From a bacterium (GTDB lineage Bacteria; Patescibacteriota; Patescibacteriia; UBA10025): a stretch of DNA of 64,000 nt. Below, one piece after another: positions 41,324 through 50,304 of this stretch (positions within the stretch are counted from its first letter, which is position 1; every line of letters begins with the position of its first letter). The notes below the pieces were generated by a model. The model did not search any database. It had not been told where the DNA came from and worked only from the letters and a program-made list of their open reading frames with translations. The DNA lies in assembly GCA_021815445.1 (NCBI GenBank), contig JAKAGM010000001.1:595710-659709 (forward strand), written 5' to 3'. The position numbers were made by a program, and so were the translations under genes.

Positions 41324-42217
41324 ATGACAATCTATACTCATATTACAAGCAACAAGCGAAGATCACTGGTTTTAATGCTCCTCTTTTTTGCCATTATCAT
41401 CGGCCTCGGATACACCATCGACCAAATCCAAGGAACGGGAAGCTGGTTCTGGGTTGTCATTGCGCTACTCTATGGAATTGGAAGCGCGCTCGTAGGATAT
41501 TATTCCGGAGATAAAATAGCACTCTGGACTTCAGGCGCCCAGCCGATATCGAAAGAGGAAAATCCTTATCTGGTGAGGATGGTGGAAAATCTCGCCATCA
41601 CTTCGGGACTTCCCATGCCCAAGGTCTATGTCATCCCTGACGACGATATCAATGCGTTTGCCACGGGTCGCGATCCCCAGCATGCCTCCCTTGCTGTTAC
41701 TCAGGGCGCGATATCGAAGCTGGAAAATGAAGAACTCGAGGGCGTTATAGCCCACGAACTTTCGCATATCGGCAATTATGACATCAGATACATGACGCTC
41801 GTTATCGTCCTCGTCGGAACTGTCATGGTGCTCTCGGACATGTTTTGGCGGGTGAGATTTCTGGGTCGGGGCGGAAATAACAGGAATAACGGCGCCGGCG
41901 GTGTCATATTGCTCATCGGGGTGGCGCTTCTCATACTGTCACCGCTTTTTGCCGAGCTGATAAGGCTTGCCGTATCGCGTAAACGGGAATATCTCGCAGA
42001 CGCTTCCGGCGCATTGCTGACCCGATATCCCGAAGGACTCGCCCGTGCGCTGGAAAAAATTGCCCGCGAAGGAGCACGCATCGAGCGTGCGACCCGTTCG
42101 ACTGCCCACCTATATTTCGCGAACCCGCTTTCCTCAGGCGCCTCAAGTTTATTTTCTACTCACCCGCCCATTGAGAAGCGCATTGACGCATTGAGAAAAA
42201 TGGCGGCGGGGCAGTAA
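41324..42217 (+). CDS. htpX: HtpX-like M48 zinc metalloprotease
   Basis: HExxH in IAHELSHIGNYD; four TM helices; classic lemA-htpX pairing. Confidence 0.85.
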   Translation: MTIYTHITSNKRRSLVLMLLFFAIIIGLGYTIDQIQGTGSWFWVVIALLYGIGSALVGYYSGDKIALWTSGAQPISKEENPYLVRMVENLAITSGLPMPKVYVIPDDDINAFATGRDPQHASLAVTQGAISKLENEELEGVIAHELSHIGNYDIRYMTLVIVLVGTVMVLSDMFWRVRFLGRGGNNRNNGAGGVILLIGVALLILSPLFAELIRLAVSRKREYLADASGALLTRYPEGLARALEKIAREGARIERATRSTAHLYFANPLSSGASSLFSTHPPIEKRIDALRKMAAGQ

Positions 42218-42246
42218 TTGATTTTTTTATAAAACATCTGGTTTAG

Positions 42247-42275
42247 CGAAGCGGAGGCTTCGCGTATTTAATATA
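42247..42275 (+). terminator. candidate terminator after htpX
   Basis: Stem GCGAAGC/GCTTCGC with GGAG loop followed by GTATTTAATAT (weak U tract). Confidence 0.4.
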
Positions 42276-42305
42276 CCAAGGCACCAGCCGAGCAAAACCC
42301 TCCCA

Positions 42306-42333
42306 CCACCTGAACTTGATTCATCACAGCAAT
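42306..42333 (+). promoter_or_regulatory. sigma70-like promoter (TTGATT-16-TACTAT) driving ncRNA copy A
   Basis: -35 at 42306-42311, -10 at 42328-42333; predicted TSS about 42340, immediately before the conserved structured element. Confidence 0.45.
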
Positions 42334-42339
42334 ATTTTA

Positions 42340-42475
42340 CTATACCACCACTCCGGGTTTGCCGGTCCGCCTCCCATTCAGGGCCTGTCTTCGACTCCGA
42401 GAGTCTCAGACTCGAGGAGAGACCCTTCAGGGTCGAATGACTGGAGGGACCCGGAGTCTCATTGTTATATTTCGC
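42340..42475 (+). ncRNA. unclassified structured ncRNA, copy A (paralog of the 55118-55219 element)
   Basis: Conserved core 42368-42443 (CGCCUCCCAUUCAGGGCCUG...GACCCUUCAGGGUCGAAUGACUG) enclosed by helix CUCCGGGU/ACCCGGAG. The internal hairpin GGGC..GCCC is extended by a compensatory 33-nt insertion relative to copy B. U-rich tail follows. Confidence 0.5.
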
Positions 42476-42548
42476 TATGCTGAGATTCTTCCCCTTCGCT
42501 TTGCTCAGGGTCAGTACCAAAGGTTCAGCATGGTGTATATCGCAGAGA

Positions 42549-42578
42549 TAAAAAAACGCCGTGCAGAATTCGCGCGGC
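42549..42578 (-). terminator. Rho-independent terminator for the 42608-42916 gene
   Basis: Stem GCCGTGC/GCGCGGC (one mismatch) with 7-nt loop, followed on the minus strand by TTTTTTTT. Confidence 0.55.
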
Positions 42579-42607
42579 GGTCCCAAGGACAGAGAACAAA
42601 TGCGCTG

Positions 42608-42916
42608 CTACCCGGCGAGGTTGAGGAAGTAGTTGACGTCCAGCGGCTCCGGAGGCGGGTCGTCATCAATGTTCACGAGCCGTAACTCGTCATCAGTGAT
42701 TTCCCCCATGACATCGTGTAAAACCTCCATCCTCAAGTTGGCTTCATCCACTGCGACACCTTCGTGCGGATCCTCCCCTCCCAACTCATTCCTGTCACGG
42801 AAGATCTTCAGGCGATTGAGAGAAGTTGAGTAAAACACCACTCCAACTTTCTTGTCGTCCTCTCCCAGATCAGGGTCCCCTAGTTTGTTCATAACGGAAA
42901 GCAGATTGTACAACAT
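42608..42916 (-). CDS. small acidic hypothetical protein (102 aa)
   Basis: Intact ORF with its own downstream terminator and a divergent promoter region shared with clpC. No known domain. Confidence 0.4.
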   Translation of the reverse strand: MLYNLLSVMNKLGDPDLGEDDKKVGVVFYSTSLNRLKIFRDRNELGGEDPHEGVAVDEANLRMEVLHDVMGEITDDELRLVNIDDDPPPEPLDVNYFLNLAG

Positions 42917-43060
42917 TGTTTGTTTTCCTCCTCTGTTTTCTCCGGAAGTGAAACTGTATTTTGTTTATGACGGGAAAGAATACACGGTTTCGAAGAAAAT
43001 GTCAAGCCCTTGATCTCGCCCCGTAAATGGCGTATACTGAGCAATACGACAAAAAAAGAT

Positions 43061-45565
43061 ATGGACAGGAAAATACTCAATAAATTCAGCACCAACCTGA
43101 AGAACGCGTTGCGACAGGCAAACATCATCGCCGCGGAACTAGGGCACGGCGTTGTGAACCCCGAGCACCTGCTTTTTGGGCTGAGCATGCAGCGCGGAAG
43201 CATCGCGTCCGAGATCCTCTCAAAAGCCGGCTTGACGAACGAGAAAATCAGGAGAGTTATTGTAGAACACAACCAAATTGTCCTGCCCGCCGAGCACGTA
43301 GACCAGGCGCGGATTGCGAAGAAACTTTCTGACGACGCGAAACGGGCGATAGAAAAAGCCGCGCTCACCGCGCACCAGAACAAGCATAAGTACATCGGCA
43401 CAGAGCATCTCCTCCACGCGTTGCTTCAGCTCAAGACGGAAACGCTCAACGCGCTCTGGCACATGTACATGATAAATACCGGCGACCTGGTATCGAATCT
43501 TGGCACGGTAATGAAAAGTACGTCCCGCTTTCCCGACCTCACACAGCTTTTCGAGCAGGCAAAAGAATTCGAAAAAGTGGAGACTACCCGCAACCGTTCG
43601 AAGGCGCCGGCCCTGGACTTTTTTACGACAGACCTGACGAACGCCAAAATGCAAAAAAGTATCGACCCGGTCATCGGCAGGGAAAAAGAGATCGAGCGTC
43701 TCATCCACATCCTTTCACGCAGGACCAAAAATAACCCCGCTCTCATCGGGGATCCCGGCGTAGGAAAAACGGCGATTGTCGAGGGGCTCGCGAAAAAAAT
43801 TGTCGAGGGCCAGGTGCCCGATGTCCTGCTCAACAAGAAAATTTTGAACCTCGACCTTGGGTTGGTGGTGGCAGGCACTATTTACCGGGGAGAATTCGAA
43901 GGAAGATTCAAACAAATTCTCGATGAAATCAAATCTGACCCCAATATCATCCTTTTTATTGACGAGCTGCATACTATCATCGGCACCGGTTCAGCCGCGG
44001 GATCGATGGACGCGGCGAATATCCTAAAGCCCGCGCTCGCAAAAGGCGAAATTCGCTGTATCGGGGCCACAACGATGGATGAATACCGCAAGCACATAGA
44101 ATCGGACGCGGCGCTGGAGCGGAGATTCCAGCCCATCATTGTCGAGGAGGCCACGAGGGACGAAACGCGCCAGGTACTCCATGGCATTAAGGAAAATTAT
44201 GAAAAGTACCACCATGTGGAAATCAGCGATGAAGCGATAGACGCTGCGGTGGACTTGAGCGCGAGATACATCCAGGACAAGCAGCTTCCCGATAAGGCCA
44301 TCGACCTTATCGATGAAGCAGCGTCGAAACTTAAAGTGAAACATTCAAGCGACGGGGCCGTTCGCGAGATTAGGTCCACGGAAGAACAGCTATCCAAGGT
44401 CCGCAAAAAGAAGCATCTCGCGGTAAACAAGGAAAAGTTTCAAGAGGCCCTGGCGATCAAAGGCGAGGAAAATACCCTGCTCGAGCGTCTGGCGACTCTC
44501 AGGGAACGGCAGAGCTCGGAATCAAAAAAAATACTTGCGACTGTCACTCACAAGGATGTCGCCGAGATTATCTCGCGCATGACAGGCATCCCGCTCCAGG
44601 ACCTTGTAACCACTGAACGTGAGCGGCTGATCAACCTCGAGAAGCTGATGGGTGAAAAAATTATCGGGCAGGATGACGCGTTACAGACTATCGCTGATTT
44701 CATCAGGCGTTCCCGTGTCGGCCTGACCAACCCGAACAGGCCGTTGGGCTCCTTTATCTTCCTGGGCCCTTCCGGCGTGGGAAAGACCGAGACGGCAAAA
44801 GTGATCGCGCGCCTGGTCTTTGAGGATGAAAAAGCATTGATACGCATCGACATGTCAGAGTTCGCCGAAAGCTTCAATATCTCGAAATTGATCGGCGCCC
44901 CGGCAGGATACGTCGGGTATAAAGAGGGCGCCAAACTGACGGACGCGGTGAGGCGGAAGCCGTACTCTGTCGTCTTGCTCGATGAGATAGAAAAGGCGCA
45001 CCCTGAAGTATTCAACATTCTGCTCCAAGTGCTTGAGGACGGCCACCTCACCGACGCCGTTGGGAAAAAAGTGAACTTCAAGAATACCATCATCATCATG
45101 ACATCGAACGTCGGAGGTGAGAACCTCAGGCGCGGCGCTGAAATCGGTTTTGACGCTAAGACGGCGAACGACGCAAAGGCGGCGCTGAAAAAATTCGACG
45201 GGATCCGCGAACAGGTCATGAAGGATCTCGAACAGCGTTTCCGCCCCGAGTTTCTAAACCGCATTGACCAGATTATCGTTTTTAAACCTCTGACCCTGCC
45301 GACAGTCGAACGGATCGTGACGAATGAATTGAAGGAGTTGGCCGGCCGGATGAAAGAAAAAGCGCTTGATCTGCAGTGGAGCCCTTCAGTAGTCAAACAT
45401 ATAGCTGAAATCAGCTTTTCTCCCGAGCAAGGGGCGCGCGCTGTGAGAAAGAAAATCCAGGAATTCGTTGAAACTCCTCTTGCGCAGGCTCTTTTGAAAG
45501 GGCGCTATAGCCCGCAGAGCACTGTGACGCTCAAACTGAAGAATAAAAAGATCGAGCTCGGATAG
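43061..45565 (+). CDS. clpC: ClpC/ClpB-family double-AAA+ chaperone ATPase
   Basis: Two Clp_N repeats, Walker A GDPGVGKTAIVEG and GPSGVGKTETAKV, short middle coiled coil, ClpB_D2-small C-terminus. Start at Met (MDRKIL); the ORF begins at 43010. Confidence 0.85.
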   Translation: MDRKILNKFSTNLKNALRQANIIAAELGHGVVNPEHLLFGLSMQRGSIASEILSKAGLTNEKIRRVIVEHNQIVLPAEHVDQARIAKKLSDDAKRAIEKAALTAHQNKHKYIGTEHLLHALLQLKTETLNALWHMYMINTGDLVSNLGTVMKSTSRFPDLTQLFEQAKEFEKVETTRNRSKAPALDFFTTDLTNAKMQKSIDPVIGREKEIERLIHILSRRTKNNPALIGDPGVGKTAIVEGLAKKIVEGQVPDVLLNKKILNLDLGLVVAGTIYRGEFEGRFKQILDEIKSDPNIILFIDELHTIIGTGSAAGSMDAANILKPALAKGEIRCIGATTMDEYRKHIESDAALERRFQPIIVEEATRDETRQVLHGIKENYEKYHHVEISDEAIDAAVDLSARYIQDKQLPDKAIDLIDEAASKLKVKHSSDGAVREIRSTEEQLSKVRKKKHLAVNKEKFQEALAIKGEENTLLERLATLRERQSSESKKILATVTHKDVAEIISRMTGIPLQDLVTTERERLINLEKLMGEKIIGQDDALQTIADFIRRSRVGLTNPNRPLGSFIFLGPSGVGKTETAKVIARLVFEDEKALIRIDMSEFAESFNISKLIGAPAGYVGYKEGAKLTDAVRRKPYSVVLLDEIEKAHPEVFNILLQVLEDGHLTDAVGKKVNFKNTIIIMTSNVGGENLRRGAEIGFDAKTANDAKAALKKFDGIREQVMKDLEQRFRPEFLNRIDQIIVFKPLTLPTVERIVTNELKELAGRMKEKALDLQWSPSVVKHIAEISFSPEQGARAVRKKIQEFVETPLAQALLKGRYSPQSTVTLKLKNKKIELG

Positions 45566-45621
45566 AAATTTTAGTTTTTAGAACTTAGCTGCATCCCGCC
45601 TTCACTATTCTTACAGAAGGT

Positions 45622-46338
45622 ATGTTGGCTGTATTTGTAGAGAAAATTATTAACCTCGTTTTTCCCCTCACCTGCATATCATGCGAACGCGAGGGCGCTT
45701 GGATATGCGCTGACTGTCGAGAGCGAATCCCCTATGCGACAAATCTGTTGTGTCCGAACTGTTTCACATTTTCGCCAGGGGGATATTTCTGTACTGATTG
45801 CAGGAAGAAATCTTCGCTCGACGGACTCTGGATCATCAGCTCGTATGAATACCGGGCCGTCAAAGACCTCGTTCATATGCTGAAATACAGCGGAGTGACG
45901 TCAGTACTCGACGATATTCAGAGGATCGCGCAGCCTGCCCTGCGGCATTTGGCTGAGGCCAGCGAATCTGTGCGGCGGGTTTTTATGCCCATCCCCTTGC
46001 ATGAGAAGCGATTGCGCGACAGAGGATTCAATCAGTCAGCGCTGCTTGCAAAAATGTTTGCTGTATGTTTGAATGGACGGTACGTTGCTGACGGCCTCCT
46101 ACGTACAAAAGAAACCGGCTCGCAGGCGTTGCTCTCAAAAGACGAACGCATAACTAATGTTCAGGACGCATTCACGGCCTCATCGGCGTTGGCCATCTCG
46201 GGCAAACATGTTATGCTGGTGGATGATGTCGCGACTACCTGCGCCACCCTGCAGGCCGCGGCTCGCGTTCTTCGACAACACGGCGCACGAACTGTGTGGG
46301 GGCTTGCAGTCGCCCGCGGGACACTTTCTCAGCTCTGA
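45622..46338 (+). CDS. comFC: ComF-family protein (double zinc ribbon plus phosphoribosyltransferase domain)
   Basis: CISCEREGAWICADC...CPNCF...CTDC followed by the PRTase motif VMLVDDVATTCATL. Confidence 0.8.
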   Translation: MLAVFVEKIINLVFPLTCISCEREGAWICADCRERIPYATNLLCPNCFTFSPGGYFCTDCRKKSSLDGLWIISSYEYRAVKDLVHMLKYSGVTSVLDDIQRIAQPALRHLAEASESVRRVFMPIPLHEKRLRDRGFNQSALLAKMFAVCLNGRYVADGLLRTKETGSQALLSKDERITNVQDAFTASSALAISGKHVMLVDDVATTCATLQAAARVLRQHGARTVWGLAVARGTLSQL

Positions 46339-46392
46339 TTGTTACCGGCGTAAAACTGCATCCCATGCAAACATTGATAATATTTTTTCTAT

Positions 46393-46484
46393 GGAGAGGT
46401 GGCCGAGTTGGCTGAAGGCGGCAGGTTGCTAACCTGTTATGCGGGGTTAAACCCGCATCGCGAGTTCGAATCTCGCCCTCTCCG
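46393..46484 (+). tRNA. tRNA-Ser (anticodon GCT)
   Basis: 92 nt: acceptor GGAGAGG/CCTCTCC, 3-bp D-stem, anticodon loop TTGCTAA, 22-nt variable arm, T-arm GCGAG-TTCGAAT-CTCGC, discriminator G. Confidence 0.8.
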
Positions 46485-46636
46485 AATGAACAAAGTAAAT
46501 GAGGGAGGGAGCGGCACAACTGCTTGTGCCGCGTCGAGATGAGAACGCCGGAGCGATGCGCGACGAGCGTGCGGGCGAGGAGCGCCGCGAGGCGGTGGCT
46601 AGACCGAGGTGCCGGAAGGCACCGAGAGTCGAAGCC

Positions 46637-46656
46637 GAATCTCGCCCTCTCCGAAT
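46637..46656 (+). repeat. exact 20-nt duplicate of the tRNA-Ser(GCT) 3' end (gaatctcgccctctccgaat), within a degenerate tRNA-like remnant
   Basis: Identical to 46469-46488. Preceded by a GC-rich 150-nt spacer with hairpins (GCGGCACAA-CTGC-TTGTGCCGC; GGTGCC-GGAA-GGCACC) and a degenerate T-arm. Confidence 0.7.
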
Positions 46657-46664
46657 ACCAATGT

Positions 46665-46753
46665 GGAGAGATGCCGGAGTGGTCGATCGGGGCGGTCTTG
46701 AAAACCGCTAGGGCGAATAACCCTCGGGGGTTCGAATCCCTCTCTCTCCGCCA
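46665..46753 (+). tRNA. tRNA-Ser (anticodon TGA), CCA encoded
   Basis: Acceptor GGAGAGA/TCTCTCC, anticodon arm GCGGT-CTTGAAA-ACCGC, 17-nt variable arm, T-arm GGGGG-TTCGAAT-CCCTC, discriminator G followed by CCA. Confidence 0.8.
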
Positions 46754-46830
46754 AAATACATGAGCATTGAGCGACTTAAGCAGCTTGAGTCGCTGCACCA
46801 AAGTGATATCGTGGTAACTAAAAAACAATA

Positions 46831-46861
46831 ACGCCCTACTCATAAAGGGCGGGCGTTTTTT
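46831..46861 (+). terminator. Rho-independent terminator after the tRNA cluster
   Basis: CGCCC-tactcataaa-GGGCG then GGCG TTTTTT. Confidence 0.55.
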
Positions 46862-47372
46862 ACCGTTTAAAATCTGTAAAAGATTCCGGGCGTAAAAGAC
46901 TTATCTCAAAGTGACATGCGGTAGGCGTACATTGTTCAAATGGGCGTCCGTTGAGATTTAATAATTCAGTCAGTTCACCGTACACGATGTACATTTTCCC
47001 ATCGTCAAGCTTTTTTGAAATTTCATTGTTGTATAGATAAATTTTGTATGAGGAATTATTAATGTCCTCCAGATACGTGGCCGTCGGATTTGAACACGGC
47101 GGGACCAAGCATGCCACAGAGTCAGCTTTTTTAATGGCCTTCCCTTTAACCGTTACTTTCTTGCTTAATGAAGGGTTTGGATTTTGCGTGTCAAATTTTT
47201 CTATGGTATCAAAATAGTATTTAACATCATGACTTCCTTTATCATCTGTTACTGCCAGGTTAACCCCTGTGTTATTTGGCAGCGTGACGGTTCTGGGTTT
47301 TAACAGGAAATAACTAAAAATAATAAGTAGTATAACCCCGGCTCCGGTCAATACATATTTTGAATACTTCAT
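46860..47372 (-). CDS. membrane-anchored hypothetical protein (about 170 aa)
   Basis: Start at Met (MKYSKYVLTGAGVILLIIFSYFLL). Lies in an AT-richer segment (judged by eye). Confidence 0.5.
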   Translation of the reverse strand: MKYSKYVLTGAGVILLIIFSYFLLKPRTVTLPNNTGVNLAVTDDKGSHDVKYYFDTIEKFDTQNPNPSLSKKVTVKGKAIKKADSVACLVPPCSNPTATYLEDINNSSYKIYLYNNEISKKLDDGKMYIVYGELTELLNLNGRPFEQCTPTACHFEISLLRPESFTDFKR

Positions 47373-47694
47373 ATTTACAGTATACACAACATTGATGTAA
47401 TATCAAAATGCTTGATGCGCGGCGTTGCAAAAATGTGCCAAGGTAAACAGGGCTGTCGACTTATCCAGTTTGACTCGCGCGCTGCAACAAGCGCTCAAGG
47501 CGCGTGTTTAAAAAAGCCCCAATAGACCGAGCTCTTAAAGCGCCTAACTTTAATGCACCGTCAAGCTTAGACTCAATGCGATTGACGGATCTCGTTCACA
47601 AAATAATTTCTTTCGTTAAGACAAGTAAAATTGGAGTCCGACGCTTGACACAATCGGAAAAATTGTGTAAGATGTTCTGATTTTCAATAACGCA

Positions 47695-48750
47695 ATGAGT
47701 ATGAAATCACCCAAATATATCACCCACGGCACAAGTTCCGGACAAGACGCCGAAAAAATACAGGAAGAGGGTTTTGAAGCGCAAGAAGGACGCGCAACGG
47801 TGTCGGGTGATTTAATTTATGCTTACAAATGGGCGACGAAACAAGAACGGAGGAGCGCAAGTAAAAGTGAAACTAAAATTGGCGAGGAAGAAAAAGGCCG
47901 AATCGTTATAATGAAAGTTCCGGAGGACAAGTCAGTCGATTATGCAACCCACACCGGCATTGAAGTAGATGAAACTTCGAAAGAAATTACGGGTTACTCT
48001 TCAAAATATGAATCCGGAAGAAAACAGCTTGCGATTTACGACGGGGGAGACGTCGTAAAAACGAGAGAAAAAATCGAACGGGCAAAAAAGGAGCTAAAAG
48101 AAATAGAAGCCCAACTTTCAGATTTTTTCAGAGCAAATAATATTGATCCCGATCAGATAAAATCTAAAGAAGATCTGAATGGCGCGATAGAACCTTTTGA
48201 AATTCAAAAGAAGATTGAAATTCTAAGAAAAGTCGAAGAACTGGAAAAACAGCGCATCGAAAAAAGAAAAGAAGCCGAAGCGGATGTCTCCATCTCGCAG
48301 GAAAATATTTTAATGAGCGTTATTCCGACGCAAGAGCTCGGTGAAAAACTCAGCGAACTTTCTCAGAAAATAAGAAACTTGGAAACGGTTGACCTTGAAA
48401 ATTTTACCGGAGAAATTTCAAAAATCATCGAAGCTGATAAAAACAATTTTCTGGCTTCGGGTTTAAACGTGCGTGAAGTTGTAGGGAACCTTTTGTCTTC
48501 TACAATGGAGACGGAAGTCGTCAATATGGTGAGATCGCTTTCTATGGATGTCAAAAGGGCGCAAGGGTACGAGGTATATAATCGCGGCAAAGATGAGATA
48601 AAGGGGAAAGAGGTCGATAAAGACCGGCTTCGGCAGAAACTTGAAAAAATTCTTGCCGCTGTTGAGGCCGATGATTTTGATATTGGAATGGAAAATCTCA
48701 ACAGATACATCAGGATGAATGTGGATCAGTTGCTGAGAGAATTGAGATAG
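47695..48750 (+). CDS. hypothetical protein: N-terminal candidate PARP/diphtheria-toxin-like (H-Y-E) ADP-ribosyltransferase motifs plus long coiled coil (351 aa)
   Basis: YITHGTSSGQDAEKIQEEGF resembles H-G-[ST]-x5-6-A-x2-I-x3-G-[FL] of PARP/DT/ExoA. GDLIYAY resembles the G-x-x-IY-[FA] Tyr motif. A candidate catalytic Glu lies in HTGIEVDE. The rest is Lys/Glu-rich coiled coil. Motif-level only. Confidence 0.5.
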   Translation: MSMKSPKYITHGTSSGQDAEKIQEEGFEAQEGRATVSGDLIYAYKWATKQERRSASKSETKIGEEEKGRIVIMKVPEDKSVDYATHTGIEVDETSKEITGYSSKYESGRKQLAIYDGGDVVKTREKIERAKKELKEIEAQLSDFFRANNIDPDQIKSKEDLNGAIEPFEIQKKIEILRKVEELEKQRIEKRKEAEADVSISQENILMSVIPTQELGEKLSELSQKIRNLETVDLENFTGEISKIIEADKNNFLASGLNVREVVGNLLSSTMETEVVNMVRSLSMDVKRAQGYEVYNRGKDEIKGKEVDKDRLRQKLEKILAAVEADDFDIGMENLNRYIRMNVDQLLRELR

Positions 48751-48843
48751 AGAGCTTTCCGTTGAAAAGATTTACATTTCCAAAAGGTCCAAAAATCCCC
48801 TTCACATACCTGTCCGAAATCGTATTTTGGTGAGAAAAACCCT

Positions 48844-49404
48844 ATGAAAAAATGGAAAAAGAAAAAATCGGAACTGGTTCTTGATACGAAATTTTTTAAA
48901 GTAAGGAAAGACACGGTAGAATTACCGACCGGGGAAGCTAAAGAATGGACGTATTGGGATAGCCAGGACTCAGCAATGGTTTTAGGGATGACGAGGGACA
49001 AAAAAATGGTGATGATTAAGCAGCATCGATATCTTGTAGGAGATGAAGTCATAGAATTTCCTTCGGGAGGACTTCATGATGGGGAAACTATAGAAGCCGG
49101 AGCGAAACGAGAATTTGAGGAAGAAAGCGGATTCCGGTGTGCATCATTGCAAAAACTGGGTTCGTTTTATGAAACGTACGGCAGTTTGAACAGGCAAATC
49201 CACATATTCTTTGCCAAAAGCGTATTTCAATCCCGTCAAAAGCTTGACCGGGGAGAAAGCGGGTTTGAAGATATCCAAGTACAGCTCATAGATTTTGAGA
49301 AGGCGATTAAACTTGCGCTTGAGAATAAAATTGTCGCGATGGGTTCTTCGTTGGCAATCCTCCTATTGAAAGAAAAAGTTGAGAGAGGGAAAATAAAGCT
49401 TTAG
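48844..49404 (+). CDS. NUDIX hydrolase (ADP-ribose pyrophosphatase-like)
   Basis: Perfect Nudix box GGLHDGETIEAGAKREFEEESGF (G-x5-E-x7-REUxEExGU). Confidence 0.85.
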   Translation: MKKWKKKKSELVLDTKFFKVRKDTVELPTGEAKEWTYWDSQDSAMVLGMTRDKKMVMIKQHRYLVGDEVIEFPSGGLHDGETIEAGAKREFEEESGFRCASLQKLGSFYETYGSLNRQIHIFFAKSVFQSRQKLDRGESGFEDIQVQLIDFEKAIKLALENKIVAMGSSLAILLLKEKVERGKIKL

Positions 49405-49607
49405 CGTATTCTTTGAAAGAACATAACAAACTTCGGTGCAAAAAAGAAACAGTGGGGCTGTTTATTCTGCCCCAATTTACACGTCTTCCATTGACCCCTG
49501 TCTGAAGCGCTGAAAATCCACTATACTGCATACACAGACGGGGTTCTGACCCGACTTGCCCGCATAATAGCCATATTTTTTTAAAAAATATACTAACGGT
49601 ATATACT

Positions 49608-50099
49608 ATGCCCGATTCAACAAACGCCCACGGCAAAGTTCTCGCCTCATGGACATTCCCCGAGTACATCCGCCATCACTACTCCAGGACGTGGTATATC
49701 GCCGCGGGAATTATCGTCGGCGGCTCGTTTCTGCTATCTATCCTTAAAGCAAATATCCTCTTCGCGGTGTTCATATTGATGATTGTCGCGCTGTATGTTA
49801 TAAGGAACCGGAGGCCGCCGGTAGACATCAGGCTCAATATCACCGAAGACGGCCTCGAGGTGGAAAATACGTTTTACTCCTATGACAGGATGAAGGCATT
49901 CTGGGTTGTTTACCAGCCCCCCGAAGTAAAGCGCTTATATATAGGATTTAAGAATACCCTCAGTACCAACCTTTCCATCCCGCTGCAAGACCAGAATCCC
50001 GTGCGCATACGCGAATTTCTCCTGAGATACGTTACCGAAGACTTGGAACAGCAGAATGAGTCGTTTTCCGATGCGGTTCAGCGGCTATTGAAGCTATAG
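49608..50099 (+). CDS. membrane protein, unknown function (163 aa, two TM helices then soluble domain)
   Basis: WYIAAGIIVGGSFLLSI / ILFAVFILMIVALYVI followed by a roughly 100-aa domain. No assignment. Confidence 0.55.
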   Translation: MPDSTNAHGKVLASWTFPEYIRHHYSRTWYIAAGIIVGGSFLLSILKANILFAVFILMIVALYVIRNRRPPVDIRLNITEDGLEVENTFYSYDRMKAFWVVYQPPEVKRLYIGFKNTLSTNLSIPLQDQNPVRIREFLLRYVTEDLEQQNESFSDAVQRLLKL

Positions 50100-50232
50100 C
50101 CATCCGGCTGTTTTGAATTAAGCTTGAATGCCTCGCCCTTGTCGTCTCCGCCAGCCCGTCCCGCTTCGCGGTGCGGGGCCGGTCGCAGCAACCGAGGATC
50201 TCGCCGTATTCACCTAATATTTACCATTCCTG

Positions 50233-50304
50233 TGCCCTCGTCGTTCAACGGATAGGACACAAGCTTGCGGAGCTTGTAATCGAAGTTCGATTCTTCGCGA
50301 GGGC
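50233..50304 (+). tRNA. tRNA-Arg (anticodon GCG)
   Basis: 72 nt: acceptor GCCCTCG/CGAGGGC, D-arm GTTC-AACGGATA-GGAC, anticodon arm CAAGC-TTGCGGA-GCTTG, 4-nt variable loop, T-arm CGAAG-TTCGATT-CTTCG, discriminator A. Confidence 0.7.

Noticed and set aside
44548-45396. 282-aa minus-strand ORF (and 42889-43401, 43220-43878 minus ORFs)
   Set aside because: Antisense to the clpC-like AAA+ gene, which has unambiguous Walker motifs on the plus strand.
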